Assembly: GCF_006345805.1 (NCBI RefSeq)
Contig: NC_043000.1
Coordinates: forward strand, 67,828,001 to 67,892,000
DNA: 64,000 bases
Direction of reading: 5' to 3'
Source: Octopus sinensis
Taxonomy: Eukaryota
In this document: in pieces, positions 14,201-29,200 of the stretch
Layout: every line of letters begins with the position of its first letter
Position numbering within the stretch: position 1 is the stretch's first letter
Translations under genes and position numbers: made by a program
Notes under the pieces: generated by a model
Seen by the model: the letters and a program-made list of their open reading frames with translations, nothing else
Told to the model about the DNA's origin: nothing
The model's database searches: none

Positions 14201-17200
14201 TTTTTCTTTAAAAAATAAAATAGAAAGTTTACAAAGAATTGAAATTAAAATAAGAAAAATGGAATAAAATGAAAGATGTTTTGAATATTAATAAAATTGT
14301 TTGAAGAAGTTTTCTTTATACTTATATTAATATTTTTCAAATTAAAAACGTATTCCTATTTCACAACCATTTTCTTTGTCTGCATAGCTAGAATACTTTA
14401 CTTTTCAGAACAGTAGATTTCACTAATGGGTACCCTTCTTACCAGTAATCACTTAGCTATAAATTAGAAGTCTTCTTAATTTTTCATTTCCCATCAATAA
14501 ATGCCTCTCCAATCCAGTATAACCCTCTCTTTCAAATAGCCTTCCGTTTTTTCCATCTTACTTGCCTTGAAAGTTGTTGAGATGATTCTTGGTTATGCTG
14601 GTATCTAGGAAGTTAGTGCCCTCTCTGCACAACTACACACTATGTGTTGTGTGAGAATGTTTTTTGTGCCCTGAGATCAGAGAGCACTACAATCTCTCTA
14701 GAAAGGTTTGACCAGCGAATGGTGTCAATTCTCTGATGCAGAAAAACCATTCTTTCTTCAGTCAAGTGTGTTTGTTTTACTTTTTGTTGTTTTATAACTT
14801 TTTGTAGTTGTGTTTCCACTTCAGAATGATAAACCTATGATCAAACTTAAATACTAGGTCTATATCTAAAAAACTTTTATTGTATGATACCCACATATAA
14901 GCATTAGGTACATCCTTCTATCTAATGGTAGGAGCCCAACATTAACACAATTTTGCTTGCTCCATCTTGATTGAATTCATTTTTATTTCTATGAAATATA
15001 AAAGTGAAGTCAAACTGAAGCATGCAAAATTGCTGAAGGAGACAAATGAATTTTAGATCTGACCATGCAGCCAACAGGCCAGCTCATTAATGTCACACTC
15101 ACTGAGAAGCTGTTCTCATAAAATATTGATTTCAAATTTTGGCAAGAGGCCAGCAATTTCCAGGAAATGGGTAAGTTGATTACATCAACCGCAGTCTTCA
15201 ACTGGCACTTATTTTATTGACCCTGAAAGGATTAAAAGGCAATGTCAACCTTGACAGAATTTTGAACTCACAATGTAAAGATGGATGAAATGCTGTTAAG
15301 CATTTTGCCTGGTGTGCTAATGATTCTTCCAGCTCACCACCTTGTTCTCATAAAATATTAGCAGCATTTTACCCATTCTTTTTTATAGGCTTTAAAAAAA
15401 AGGAGCCATGCCCATACATTTATAGGCTGTCTGGGACTGGTGAGATTGATATGGTTGATGTTGAGTTTAAACATCTGTATATCAGGGGATATACAGGGGA
15501 AAATGTGGGTGTAGATGAAAATCCTAAGATTTGACCTTCTCTAAAGGAAGGACTAGGTAAAAGGATTAGTGCATGGCCTGGTTAGTGATGAGAGGAGAGT
15601 ATGCTGAAGAAAACATGTTGGAGGTGATATGGAACCAGCTACATCAGACAAACTGGGGCCTTTGTAATAGCAACAGAATTGGTAGAATTAGTAAACAGGA
15701 TTAAAGAAATTACTTAAGGAAGTGTTTATGAAACCAAGAGTCTGTTTTCAAATTATATAATTTTTAATATCATGCTAAAAATACTTATTGGTTTGTAAAG
15801 AGATGAATGCAGAAGTAATCTTAAGTGAACAACGTCTGTATACCTCATCAGCAAATTCATCTATTAAATTTGTACTCATTTTTGTTGCATTATCTGTAAA
15901 AGAAAATTAATCCCAATATCAGCTTAGCATTTAACCTATATAGTTGAAATAAATCATGACAATAACAGCATTAAAATTACTTGTTTTCTCTTTTAAATAA
16001 GTAAAATAAAATTATTTTAATTCTCTTATAGATATTTTTTCTTTTTTTTTTTCCATTTCTAATACCATTGTAAAAATATTTTAAAACTAGTTTACGTACA
16101 AAATAAAAGAAAAATGTTCAATATTGATGGTCTGATATAGCTTATTTAATATAAATATCCATATTATCATTTTTCAATCTTCAAAGTATTTCTTAATTCA
16201 AATTATTCAAATTTTATGGTTTTTATGAATACAAAATATATATTTCATATAAACTTGTTACAATAACAGATTATTACCTTTCATATTATTATAATGAGGG
16301 TCAAATGTTTCTTCTGAAGTGTCTTTGTAGAGTCTGTAAAATAAAAAAAATATTGATTTTAGAGAAACAGTCTGTAAAATTAAAAAGATACTGATTTTAG
16401 AGAAATCAAAATTTTACCTTTTCAGCTAAGGAAAATTGTATTTCATAAGTTTATAAATACAAGCCACTGAGGAATCTTGTATGTAATCACTCATTCTACT
16501 AAATATGGCAGCAGAATTTCTCTCAAATCACGCCTAACCCTTTAAGAAAAAGAAGGTTTTGTTGGATAATGTAATCCAAGATACTGCTAAAAAGATGAGA
16601 TGGTCATGGGTTTGCTTCATCAGGGATGAGACCTGGTGTTAAACAAAACAAATGCAGCATGTATCACCCAGAGCAGACATGGGTAACCTGGAACACTTGA
16701 GCTGCCTTTCATCATTATTCTTACATCTAGTATAATGTCATGGTTACGTAAGCATAATGATATGTCACAACATATTCTTTAGATCCATCTCAGTCAATTC
16801 AAACAATTTTGTTTCTTTCACTCTCTTAATCAAGGTTTGATATACAATCATCATCATCATCGTTTAATGTCTGCTTTCCATGCTGGCATGGGTTGGACGG
16901 TTTGACTGCAGATTAGCAAGCCAGTAGGCTGTACCAGGCTCAAATCTGATCTGGCAAGGTTTCTACAGTTGGATGCCCTTCCTAATACCAACCACTCTGA
17001 GAGTGTAGTGAGCACTTTTTACATGAGTGCCAGTCAGGGGACACTGGCATCGACCACGTTCAGATGGTGCTTTTGATATGCCACCAGCAGGGGAGCCACA
17101 GGCACAGGATGTTTGCTTAATTATTCCTTTTATGGAGTGATCCAATTTATGATAAGTGATATCTCTTAAAGCCCACCACTAGGAAATTGTCACTCATGCC

Positions 17201-20200
17201 TAACCTAAAGTTTATCTGAAATGTATCTGTATAAACATTTTTAAGTTGGAAACTGTAGATAATGTGTTGTTGATACCTTTCAAAGATAACAAGTAATACA
17301 AATAGACCAGCTCCAAATGTATGTTTAAAGTGAGTTTCTGACTAAGTTGTTAAGAATTACTACAACACAAAAATTTAAATAGTATTCTCAATATTTACAC
17401 AGTTTATTAAGATTATCACCAATATGGTCTAATTTTTCAGTATTTATTTAAACATAAAGACCAGAAGTTTAAAAGCCTTTAAACTTGGAAAAAGAAAACC
17501 TGAAACATGAATCTATATTCTAGGATGATTTGCAATCCAAACAATTTCAGAAAATTAACGAAACTTCCTAGATTTCAAAAATCAGTACATAAAAAAACAT
17601 AATTTTAGGAAGTAACTCTTCAGAAAATCTTACCTTGATTTTTTCTGAATACAGGCTTGGTCATATGATGAGTCTAAGTAAATAATTAAAATGACATGTT
17701 AAGCCAGGAAAGTGTTATGGAAAATTAATTATAGATTAATGTTATTACCAGTTCAAATATGCCAGTGGCAAGTTCAAATTTGTAAACAAGCCATTCACTG
17801 TGTTAAGTCATGGAGAAAATTTTTTCGCTGTAGACAAATGGTATAAATGCACCTAAATCAGGTCACAGCACCAATAGGTGATGCTGCGAGCTGATTTAAG
17901 TGTATTTACAGTGAGAAATATTCTCCATGACAAAGCACAATGAATGCCTTGTTTACAAATTTGAACTTGCCACTGGCATATTCAAACTAGTAATAAATAG
18001 CATTGCATTTATACACATCACTGCTTAGCACTCCCACCTCATAATTAATTATAGAATATTTAGGTAAATAAGTAAAAGATATTTTAGCAGACCAACAACA
18101 GACTTACCTGAATAAACATGCTTCTTATTTTGGACATTAGAAGTATGGAGTTCTTTCATCTTTCTGTTAGATATATTCTTGTTATTGTTGTCACTATCTA
18201 CAAAATCTTTTCTCATGTCCTTTCCAGCAAACAATGCAACTTCCTTCCTAAAAATGAAAATAAAGCACTATTCAACTGATCAGAGAAGGTCCTACATATG
18301 TAGTCATCAAAATCAAAAACAAACAATGTGCATGCACAAAATTAAAAATATAAAATACCGACAATTTACCCATCACACCCTGTATATATATTTTTTTATA
18401 TATGAGAAGTAATTACTTTATTTTTCAAAAATAAGTTCATTAGCTGATTACACAACCATGGTCTCCACCCTTATGTGTGTGTTGCAGTTACTTTCGATAG
18501 AAATTCTGCCCATTGATCTTCTATGATTCCTCCCTTCAACATCAATATAAGAAGCACTGTCAACTCTGTTGAGCTCTTTTGCTGCCTTTTCACAATCCAC
18601 CATGTTGCAGCCCCATGGCTTTGACATATCTCTGGCAGGGTGATTGAACTGGTGCTATGTCTTGCTAAAGAGTAACCCATAACTATGCAGGGCACAGTCA
18701 TCATTCCATGTGATATTTTCAAAATATCCCAGCTAATTTCTATTCAATATTGATTTTAAATTTTGGCACAAGGCCAGCAACTTCAGCAGAGGGGGTTAAG
18801 TCATTTCACATCAAACCCAGTACAACTGGTACTTATTTTATCAACCACAAAAGGATGAAAAGTAAAGTTGACTTCAGTAGAATTTGAATTCAGAATGTAA
18901 CATCAAAAAAATGCTAAGAATTTTGCATGCTTATGAGTCTGCCAGCTTGCCACCTTATACTATCCAAATACTAATGTTCAGATAGTTATATCCAATAGTC
19001 ATTAATGTTTTCACATTAATCCAACATAAAGTACCATTTCCAGTCTATGTATAGAACATAATAATAGTTGTGATTTTAGATGACTATCAGTTATTGAGCA
19101 AATGTTTAGAAGAGTCTGAAAACTTTAGCTTCTCATTGAATTTTATAAGAAAAACAATAACAGAAACCTAAAAGGAATGAACAACCAATGAATTGGCCTT
19201 TAAGAAATGATTGTAAAGATAAAGAATTAAAAAAATCAAAGTAAAAATTATATTTATAAGATTCAACAATGTTGGGTAACACTTACATAACTTTGGGTAT
19301 TAAGAGAAGTTGAGCATTAGATTCTATTAAAGAATCTACTTCTCCACCAAGTACACTTATGTTTTCATTGCTCAACATCAAAACACCATTTCGACACAAA
19401 ATTTTACCTTTGATTAATACCTGAAAGATACAGAACAAAGATAAACCTCAAATTTACACAACCATTCCATAGTTAACATAACAGTAAAAATTAACTACAA
19501 TAGGTAATTTTAGTCATTAGTATTCAAACTTGTTGTAAAAACAGGTTTTAACACATTCTTTTAAACATTCAATGTTTTGTAGTCTTCAAAGATTTACATT
19601 AGTTTTATTATATTTACTAGCAGTAAAACCCGTCGTTGATCGGGTAATTACTTTTACTGTTTATCGGGAGCCACATTGAAAGTATTATTATATGTATAAT
19701 TTACTCCTCCTGAATGTGTGTATTTTTAGAAGAGAAAACCATGTAATAATTGAAGTAGAAGAAAGATCAATATCATACATGAACTTGTATTTGTTTATGA
19801 TATGACAATTATAAGTAAGTTCTATGAGTTATTTTATTTATCTATACAGTAATGGCAATGATATAATACTTTTAAAAGAGAAAAACATGTAATAAAATTA
19901 AGGTAGAAAAAAATCATTTTTATACACAAAGTTCTGTTTGTTCATTACATGAAAATAGTTCAGCTGATTGATGTCTTGAAAGCCTCGATCTCATATTTGT
20001 TGAAAGTTGAAGTGTTTTCACATTATGCCATAATACAGAAAACTTTATTAAAGCATTGAGCTCATTCACTTTTATTCCTCTTGGAATAACTGGTAGTGTT
20101 TGTTGGAAATCTCCTGACAATAATACTGTGACATTTCCCATCATGGAATTGCAATTTCTAATGTCTCATAATATTCTGTCAACAGCTCCAAAAGCTTTTT

Positions 20201-23200
20201 TGTGGGCCATGGTACATTCATCCCAAACAGTTAAGTAACATCTTTGTACTAATTCACCCATTGCAGAATTTTTAGATATATTAAAACTGGATCTTGTTTG
20301 TTAGATAATTCTAAAGGTTACTTGAATGTTGAATGAGCAGTCTGACCTCCGGGTAGTAACATTGCTACAATCCCAGAAATAGCAGTAGCTAAAGCTATAT
20401 TACATTTTTGCCAAACTTTAGCCAGGCTGAGTTTAATAACAAATGTTTTCCCAGTACCTCCTGAAGCATTTAAGAAATTAAGTCCTCCTGTGTTATTGTT
20501 AATACTTTCTATGACAGTGGAATATGCATGACATTGATCAGGTAGAAGCTTGGGAAGATTATCATTTACGTACATGGTCAGTTCATCATTATCTTAGGAA
20601 ATTTCTCTCATTATTTCAGTGGAGAGAGTGTTAAGATCCCCTCTATTAGTTAGTGGAAGACCTAAATTTTGTATAGGTTCTCCTCCCATGGAAATAATTT
20701 GATCTTCTATTTCAATCAAAACCACATTGTATATCACATCCGTGAAACCAATATCTTGCTCAGGATTATTGAACTGAAGTTGGTGCTTGAAATCTTCAGC
20801 AAAATCATTTCTGAACACAGTTGAACAGGATTACTTACTTGACAATTTTTGAGAATAATAGCAAAAAGACATCTTAAAGTCTTAGGTGTTTTTGATATTG
20901 AAGCTCTTTCTAATGTAGCTTCCCATTACTGATGACTTGCAAGCAAACCTAACTTGAAACACATTTCACGATACGTTCTGTAAATCTCGCTATCAACTTA
21001 TTTCAAACTTTCCCATGAAGTTGGTCCTCTTTTTACATGAAGAAGCATTCTGAGGTGAAAGCATTCATTTTGGTCAGGATCTACCAATTGTTGTTCAGAA
21101 CTTAATATCAGAGTGACCTTGAACCTTTGTACCTGTTTTGCGTCTGTTCCATTTATTATTACTCTATGTGTAATAAGAAAGTGAGAAAGGAAGAGAGAGA
21201 GAAAAAAGAGAGGGAAAACAGACAGATAAAGAAGAAAGAAAATCAAAGAGATAGTGTCTGGTCTTATTTTCACTTTACAGGACAAACAGAGACAGAATCT
21301 CTTTGAAGTAGCATGGCAGAGTTTTAGTTTCACTTTGCAGGACAAAGAGACAGACAGGCAGCCAGGCAGAGAATATAGAGGTGGAGACAGAATAGAGGAG
21401 ACATACAAAGAAAATTATAGAGGGATGGTGTCTAGTTTTTGTTTCACTTTGTGGTACAATCAGACAGGATCTCCCTTTTATATATATATAGATTATTCTT
21501 GATTTGGATTTGAGCCAAAGGAATGAGACAATCAAGGTGAGAGTTCCTTGAAATAACAGAAGATATCCATTAATGAGACAAACAAAAGAAGTTTAAGTCA
21601 ATGAGGAAGGATCTATTAGTCAACTGACCTGCTAGAAATAGTAGTCAAGTATCTCTCAATTCACACTTTACTGTCTCAGAAAAGGATGGACACTTTAGAC
21701 AATGCAGTTTTAGATATAAAACACATGAGGTACTGTATTTGCCAATGTATTAACCATACTTTTTTTCCAACAGGAAAATCCAAGAAAAGTGGGGTGCAGT
21801 TTATACATGGGTACAAAGAAAAGTCGGTCTAAAACCAGAACATTATTTCATGTAATTATCCAAGATTCATGTAGTACTAGCTCCCTTTACAATTCTTGCC
21901 ATTAAAACTAGTAAAAAACGCTGTTTAAATATTGTCTATTTTTGTCTGTCATATGCTCTTATAACATTACGCATTTCAAGCCAATGTGCGCTGTTGTCAT
22001 CTCACTTGCAGCCTCCGCTTCGATGGTGCTGCAGCCCTGTAGCAGAGGGACATGTGCTGGTAGAAAAGTAGTGAGAATTTCTGTAAAGACTTAACTTTTG
22101 TCTGACAAATGCACTATGATTGACAGCTGATCATAATTTCCACTTACTCTCTGATTTACCGCGAATTACCTATGAGATCAGTAGTCCCCCAGGTGATCTG
22201 GATGTATAACTTATCTCGCCGCATAGGGAAATGAGAGAGAGAGAGAGGGGGGCTGTGATTTATACTTGAATGTGATTGATGAAATGTATTTACTAGGTAA
22301 TAAGTAAATTAAAATGGAATATGAAAACTTATTTCATATAAGGGGAGATAAGTGCATTTATTCAGAAACATCTTGAACTAGGAAAGGTAAATTTCATTGT
22401 CATCACCAATGCTACAAAGGAATACAAATCAAGTCAACTGGAATTTCATTACCATACCTTAAAGTACTCATAAGTGCATTGGTTTGTTTGCTTTTTGTAA
22501 TATATCTACATAAATACGTAAAGAAAATGGTAATGATCAAAGGAAGCTTTCAAGCTACATCCTATTGTTTGGACCATAATTAGCTTTACTAACTCATCTA
22601 CTCCGCTCTTCAAGTTCCAGACAACTTACCTACTTCGCTCTTCAAGTTAAAGTCATCATGCTGAGACGAGCATTCACAGCTGCCTTCAAGTTCTCAGTTT
22701 CCAGGTTTGCTGAGGAGTTTGGAAGCCGTGCAGCCACATCGACAATGCAGACCAGACTCCCCTCACTTCAATATTCCGATGGCGAGAACTGTTGCTGAGA
22801 AGGGGGAGAAGACAGTGAAAATCATTGTGATGCTTGCTTGCATGGCTGACGGAGGAAAGCTACCACTGTACGTCATCTACAAGAGGGAGACACTACCCAA
22901 AGACGCCAAGTTTCTGGAAGGGGTCATCATTCAAGGTGAAGCAAAAGGCTGGATGGACCAGGCATTCATTAAGAACTGGCTTTGAGTAGCATGGGGGCAG
23001 CACATCAGTGGACTGCATCAGAGAAGGATTCTCCTGGTTCTGGATGCATTTAGATGCCACAAGTCAGAAGAAACCAAGGCGAAGATATATTGTCTGAACA
23101 TCGACATGGCAATGATCCCCAGGGGAATGACATCTCTTCTTCAACCCTATGATGTTGCAATCAATAAACCGTTTAAGGACCATCACAAGCACCGATGGAA

Positions 23201-26200
23201 GGATTGGATGGCCAATGCAGCAAAGGAGATGACAAAGACTGGGCACACGAAGAAAGTTTTTAGGACCACACATTTTCAAGAAAAAATATAAAGAGCACAA
23301 TATAAATCATATAAACGTATGTAATAAAAAGACATTCTCTTATTATCTCTCACATTTAAAACCTGGACTTTATCTTCTTCCCTTAATAATTATGAATATC
23401 AATGATTAGCCCTAGTTATTTCCTGGTTTCCCCCACGTTTTTCCCTCATCGGGGACCAAAAACCATGGGTGCAGTTTATACACTAGCAAATACAGTAGTT
23501 ATAGGTGGAATACCTTTCATAAAGGTCAGCTCAGTCAGAGCTAACCTGGGAACAATATAAAGGAATTTGAAAGAAACAGTTAAGCTAGGCTTGAGAACAT
23601 TAAGACTCTCTGAAGTAAGAAAGTAAGATAGAGACATATAGGAATATGCTGTACTACAGACCCACTGAATATATGCAGTGATGGAAAAATTAATATAAAA
23701 CTGATAGAATGCTCGATCACCTAATTATTCTTTTCCTTTATAACATTGTAGTAATGTTATAATTAAAATAGTGTGATTTGATTCTTTAGCAAACTACTTA
23801 CTTTTTCTTTCTACTTTGCTAGAGACAAGAATTTGGTTTCAAGAATATGTGATACTACCTCTAAGAATTCATTCAAAAAGCATCAACTTTCTTCAATACC
23901 ATGAAGATGAAAGTAAAGAGATAATAATAAAGAAAATAATAGATCTAAAATCATACAACTAAAAACTTATATTTTATTTTCTATATTCTGTTGTTTGACA
24001 CATCAAGTTTTTAAATTATTTAATAGACACAACATGAATTATTTATGCAATATTCCTCTCCCTCTATCATACTTTAAACTCTCATCACCTGACAATGTAG
24101 ACACTTCCCACACAATACTACTCTCGACTTTGTTGAGGGGTCTTGTCTTGCAAGTTACTTGATGGACTTCACTGGTGCTGGTGCCATGTATAAAGCACCC
24201 AGTCCACTCTGTAAAGTGGCTGGTATTAGAAAGAGCATTCAGCTGTTGAAACCATGCTAAAGCGGACGGCAGAGCTTGACACAGTCCTCTGGCTCCACAT
24301 CTCCTATGACACGATCCAGCCCATGATGAGGATGATGATGATGAATATTAAGTCAGCAAGATAAAACTAAACAATCCTTCTCTCTCTTACAAAATCAGTT
24401 ATACCAACCTTAAAACCAGGATTTATATTAACATTGAGAGACGGAATGCTTTTGTATTCAATACCATGAACTACAGTTGTCCCATCAGTCATCTCCATTT
24501 TCAACATTCGACAATGGACTGGTTGTGGCTATAATAAAAAAAAAAAATCAATGGTTATTATAGGTCATTTGTTTTAATCAATTCTAAGTATTATACCCTC
24601 TTGTCTTTTTTCAGGAAGCTGTTCACTTCCAGTTTCTAATAATTATATAATTGTCAAGTCTAAATTATTTCCTTCGAACAAATAAAATATACTCAACTTC
24701 TAGTGTCTAAATAGCTCCCAAAGACATTACATATTATTACTATTCCAAAATTATCTATCCATAATAGCTTCTTATGTACGAGAGTTGGACATTATTAAAG
24801 TCAATTTGCTGTAACTGTAACCATTGTTATTTTCTTCTTCATTCCAGGTTGTCAATCAAACATCAAAGTTGGAAAAGTAGTCTATTGAACATTTATTTTG
24901 CAATCTTTGCAGAAAATAGAATCTGAATTATTTTAAGTAACAAATTCATTAACTGATGTGCAAGGTTTCTAAACATATGAATGAGGCCTCTTAACAAATG
25001 AATGAGGTTTCTTCATAGATGACCAATGCTATTTTCAGATGTATGTGGCCTCATATTAACTCTAACAAAAGCTTTATAGTTGAGAATTCTGTTGGGAAGA
25101 GCCATCACATCATGGTACACATATTGATTTCAAATCTTGGCCTAAGGCCAGTAATTTTGGGAGAGGGGATAAGTTGATTACATCAACCCCAGCACTCAAC
25201 TGGTACTTATTTCATTAACCTCAAAAGGATGAATGGCAAAGTCGACCTCAGTGGAATTTGACCTCAGAACATAAAGACAGACAAAATGCCACTAAACATT
25301 TTACCTGATGTGCTATCGATTCAACCAGCACCTTCATCATGGTAAAAGTATTACAAACAGTTTGTTCTGCCAACATTCACTGGCCAGTTATCAGTAGTGT
25401 AGAGCAGTCACAGGCAAACTGTGGTCCACAGGATTTTCTAAATAGCACAACTAACAAAAAATTTACCGTAACCCTTTAGCATTCAAACTGGCCCTATCTG
25501 GCCCAAATATTCTACTTGTTTTATGTTCAAACTGGCTATATCCATCCTCTCACACTTAGCAGACAATGTCAGTCTAAAAATAAACAATTACATCATCAAA
25601 ATCTCAAAGCTATGAGATAATACAGGATTAATTCAAAACAATGTGAATAAATAAGCAATACATTTGACAAAGAAATATGTATGCTAAAGGGTTAAATTTT
25701 TGTTTTCTAGTAGTGTAGCCCACCTGATGATAAACCTTGTCTCATTCGGTCCACCTTTCAAAAAAAGTTGTCCATGCCCCCTATAAAGCAACACAAGAAA
25801 TGCAAACACTAAAGGAGTGTCCTCTAATTACTATAAGAAGATAATGTTATTTCTTCTAAGTATCCTAAAATTCAATGTGTCATTTGTTGGAACTAATAAA
25901 TTGCTCCATTACTTAGGTTGTAGTAAGAGTTAAACATTCAAAAGCTATTCCCATCTTTAGAGTTACATCCTTAATTTGAGGTACTTCAGGTGGTTTATTT
26001 CTAGTATAAACATTACACTTGAACTGATTTCAGCTTAACTTTGACAAGAGAGCATTGCTAGTACATTCCATACTAAACTTTTAATAATTTTCATATTTGC
26101 TTACAATTTTAATGCATTTTTTTTGTTTTGCAAGTACTTGGTGACCCTGTCAGTGCAGGTGCCACTTAAAAGCATCCAGTCCACACTGTACCTTGCCTGT

Positions 26201-29200
26201 GCTTGTACCACATAAAAAGCACTAAGTCCACTCTGCTGAGTGGTTGGTGTCAAGAAGAGCATCCAGCTGTAAAATTCTTGTCAAAACAGTTACAGAAGTC
26301 TGGTGCAGGCTTCAGCCTGGCCAGCTATTGTCAAACCTTCCCATCCATGCCAGCATGGAAAGCGGATGTTAAACGATGATGATGATGTTTTACTGGTTTC
26401 ATTAATTCAACCATGGTCATGATGGAACACACAGCCTTTAAGAGAATTATTAGTTATATCAACCTCAATATTTCATGGCAAGCTGGCAGAATCATTAGCA
26501 CGCCAGGCAAAATGCTTAGCGACATTTTGTCTATCTTTACATTCAAGGTTCCAATGCTGCTGGTGTTGAATTTGCCCTTCATCCTTTCAGGGTCAACATA
26601 AGTACCAGTTGAACACTGGGATCAGTGTAATCAATTTACTCCCTCTCCCAAATTTGCTGGCCTTGTGCCAAACTTTAAAACTAATTTTACACTAGTAGTT
26701 ATTTTATCAAACTCAGAAGCATGGAAAGTAAAGTTAACTTGGAAAGGATTTGAATTCAGAACATTAAGGGAGGCAAACTAAATACCACAAGGTACTTTGT
26801 CCAATGCTCTACCAATTCAGCCACCCACCACCTTTATGTTTATATTTTTTTGTGTCTTCATTTACTAAATTCAAAAATTAATAAAATTAATAAAATTTTA
26901 GTGAAAAGTAACATTCTTTTATAGAGACATATAATCAGCTACTAGTAATTTCAGGTATAGATTTTAAATATTGCACTAGAGATTCCTTCATATTGAATGA
27001 CCAAGGGAATGATTATAAGATTGCACCTAGGAAGTTCCCCTCCAAGGCACAACTCCAGGCAAGGTTGTTTATGGAAGACCAGTAGGTGCCCATGCATACC
27101 AACCTCCCCTCTACATGCCACCGATGTTATCCAAGAGAAAGGCAAAGGCCAATACAGCTTGGCACCAGTGACATCGCAACTCATTTCTACAGCCAAGTGA
27201 AATGGAGCAACATGAAATAAAATGTCTTGCTCAAAAACATAACACACAGACCAGTCTGGGATTTGAATTCACTACCTCGTGATTGTGAGCCTGATGCTCT
27301 AACCACTGAACCATTCACATTCACTTAGTTCATGGCAAGCTGGCAGAATCATTAGCATGCCAGGCAAAATACTTAGTGACATTTTGCCTGTCTTTATGTT
27401 TTAGGTTCAAATACCGCCAGTTTGACTTAGTCATATTAAATAGTCTCTTTAAAACTATAAAAGTACTGATCATCATACACATTAAGAAAGATTATCTTTA
27501 AAATGCACTTTATAAATAAATAAGCTGTTATGTTTTTAAAAGAGTAACAGAAATAGTGAAAGAAAAATTTAAGAAATATTAGAAAGAATGACAAAAAAAA
27601 TAGATTTACCGTATATTGTTTGGGATTTTCAGCTGATATTAGACTGTTTGAGAAGTCTGTTCCTTTTAACTTTGAGTGTTGAGTGTAATAGGATGTACTA
27701 ATATCTATAATATTATTTACCTGCAATGAAAAATTTAAAAAAGGGAAACAAAACTTCATAATTTATCCAAAGTAAAATAAAGAATTCCTAGAAATTACAA
27801 AATTAAACTGTTTACATGAATGAAGCTTTATTGATGTTTACATTCAAAAGTTCATTCCTTGACACAAATTATCTACATTAACCTTTTCATTACTGTATTT
27901 ATTTTGAGATGTTCAATGTTTCTTTCAATTACTTCAAATATAACAAAGAATTTAGTAAAATAACTTAGTTATCCTTCAGTTAGTGTTAGGAATATAAATT
28001 GTGACTAAGGTTTGGTGGAAGATTTTAATTCAAAACTTATGAAAACAAGACATTTGTACTCAGAACCAGAGCCAGTTTCAGCCAGGTTGGAAATGAAAGG
28101 GTTAAGAGCCAAGGAAGAAGCCTCTGTATGACTGCTTGAAATGCAATACTTAGTAGTTAAATCTCTCAAATGACACTTTCCTGTCTTAAAGAGAGGAAAC
28201 ATTAGAAACATATAGTCCTGAATGTAGAAAAAGACAAAGACATTTTATCAAATGCCATTGTCAAAATGTGTCCCAACTAAGTTAAAAAGACAGCTAGCGT
28301 TAGTGTTCATTTGGTCAATAGGTATTTATGGTTGTGAAGCACGAACTCTGAACAAGTTTGAAGTGAACATAATCAACGCATTTGAAATGTGGGTGTAGAG
28401 GAGAATGTTGCAAGTCTCTCACAAGAACCATCGGACTAATGAATGGATGTTACAACAAGTAGGTAAAAGACAACTCTGGAACAGTCTGAAAAAACAAAAG
28501 TTCATCTATTATAGCCATATTTTGGCCATAATAGAAGAGCCATAATATTGAGGTCTAATAGATCCTAGATTTCTAGAAAACTTTCAGTAAGAAGACTAGT
28601 AGTGGGCTTTCAATTGCCTTACTAAAATTGTTCTGTTAACTATAAATAAGAAGGAAAGCAGGTTAAAACTATAAAGTGATTTGTCATCATGTACTGTACA
28701 CGTGTAGCACATTTATGACACTACAATGGAAGTTTTCTCAATTAAGTTCTCCAGCTGCCTTGCCATTCTTGTCCAAACATCTCTTGCTATTGTCCATCCA
28801 CAGCATTCTTTGTCTGCCTCTTGATCAACTATCCTCTACTCTTCATTCCATGATAATGTTTTCCAAACCTCTGCTTCTTTGAATATGGCCGTAACACAAA
28901 GTGGCATCTAAATATTCCTGAACTGGTTCTACAGTGCACCAACAGTGAGAGCTAACAAGTGACCTTCATGAGGCAGAGTGCTGAGTGACACCACTGTGTT
29001 TACTTTGCCAGTTGAGAAATTTGTGTTTTTGTAATCGCGTGTATGTTGTAGTCTATGATTTTTGTCAGGGACAGGAAATTGGAACAAAGTACCAAAGTGA
29101 AATTTTTGCATTAAACTTGGGAAGTCTGCTACAGAAACATTGAGCATGTTTCAGTAAGCTTATGGCAATGATGCAATGGGTCGCACACAAAGTTTCGAGT

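Noticed and set aside
24597-24640. Extra small RMI1 exon
   Set aside because: The 27610 exon joins 24528 directly in phase with the expected sequence.
7526-25740. Other CTGATGA heptamers (e.g. ~7526, ~20927, ~25724)
   Set aside because: No appropriately spaced GAAA or pairing stems.
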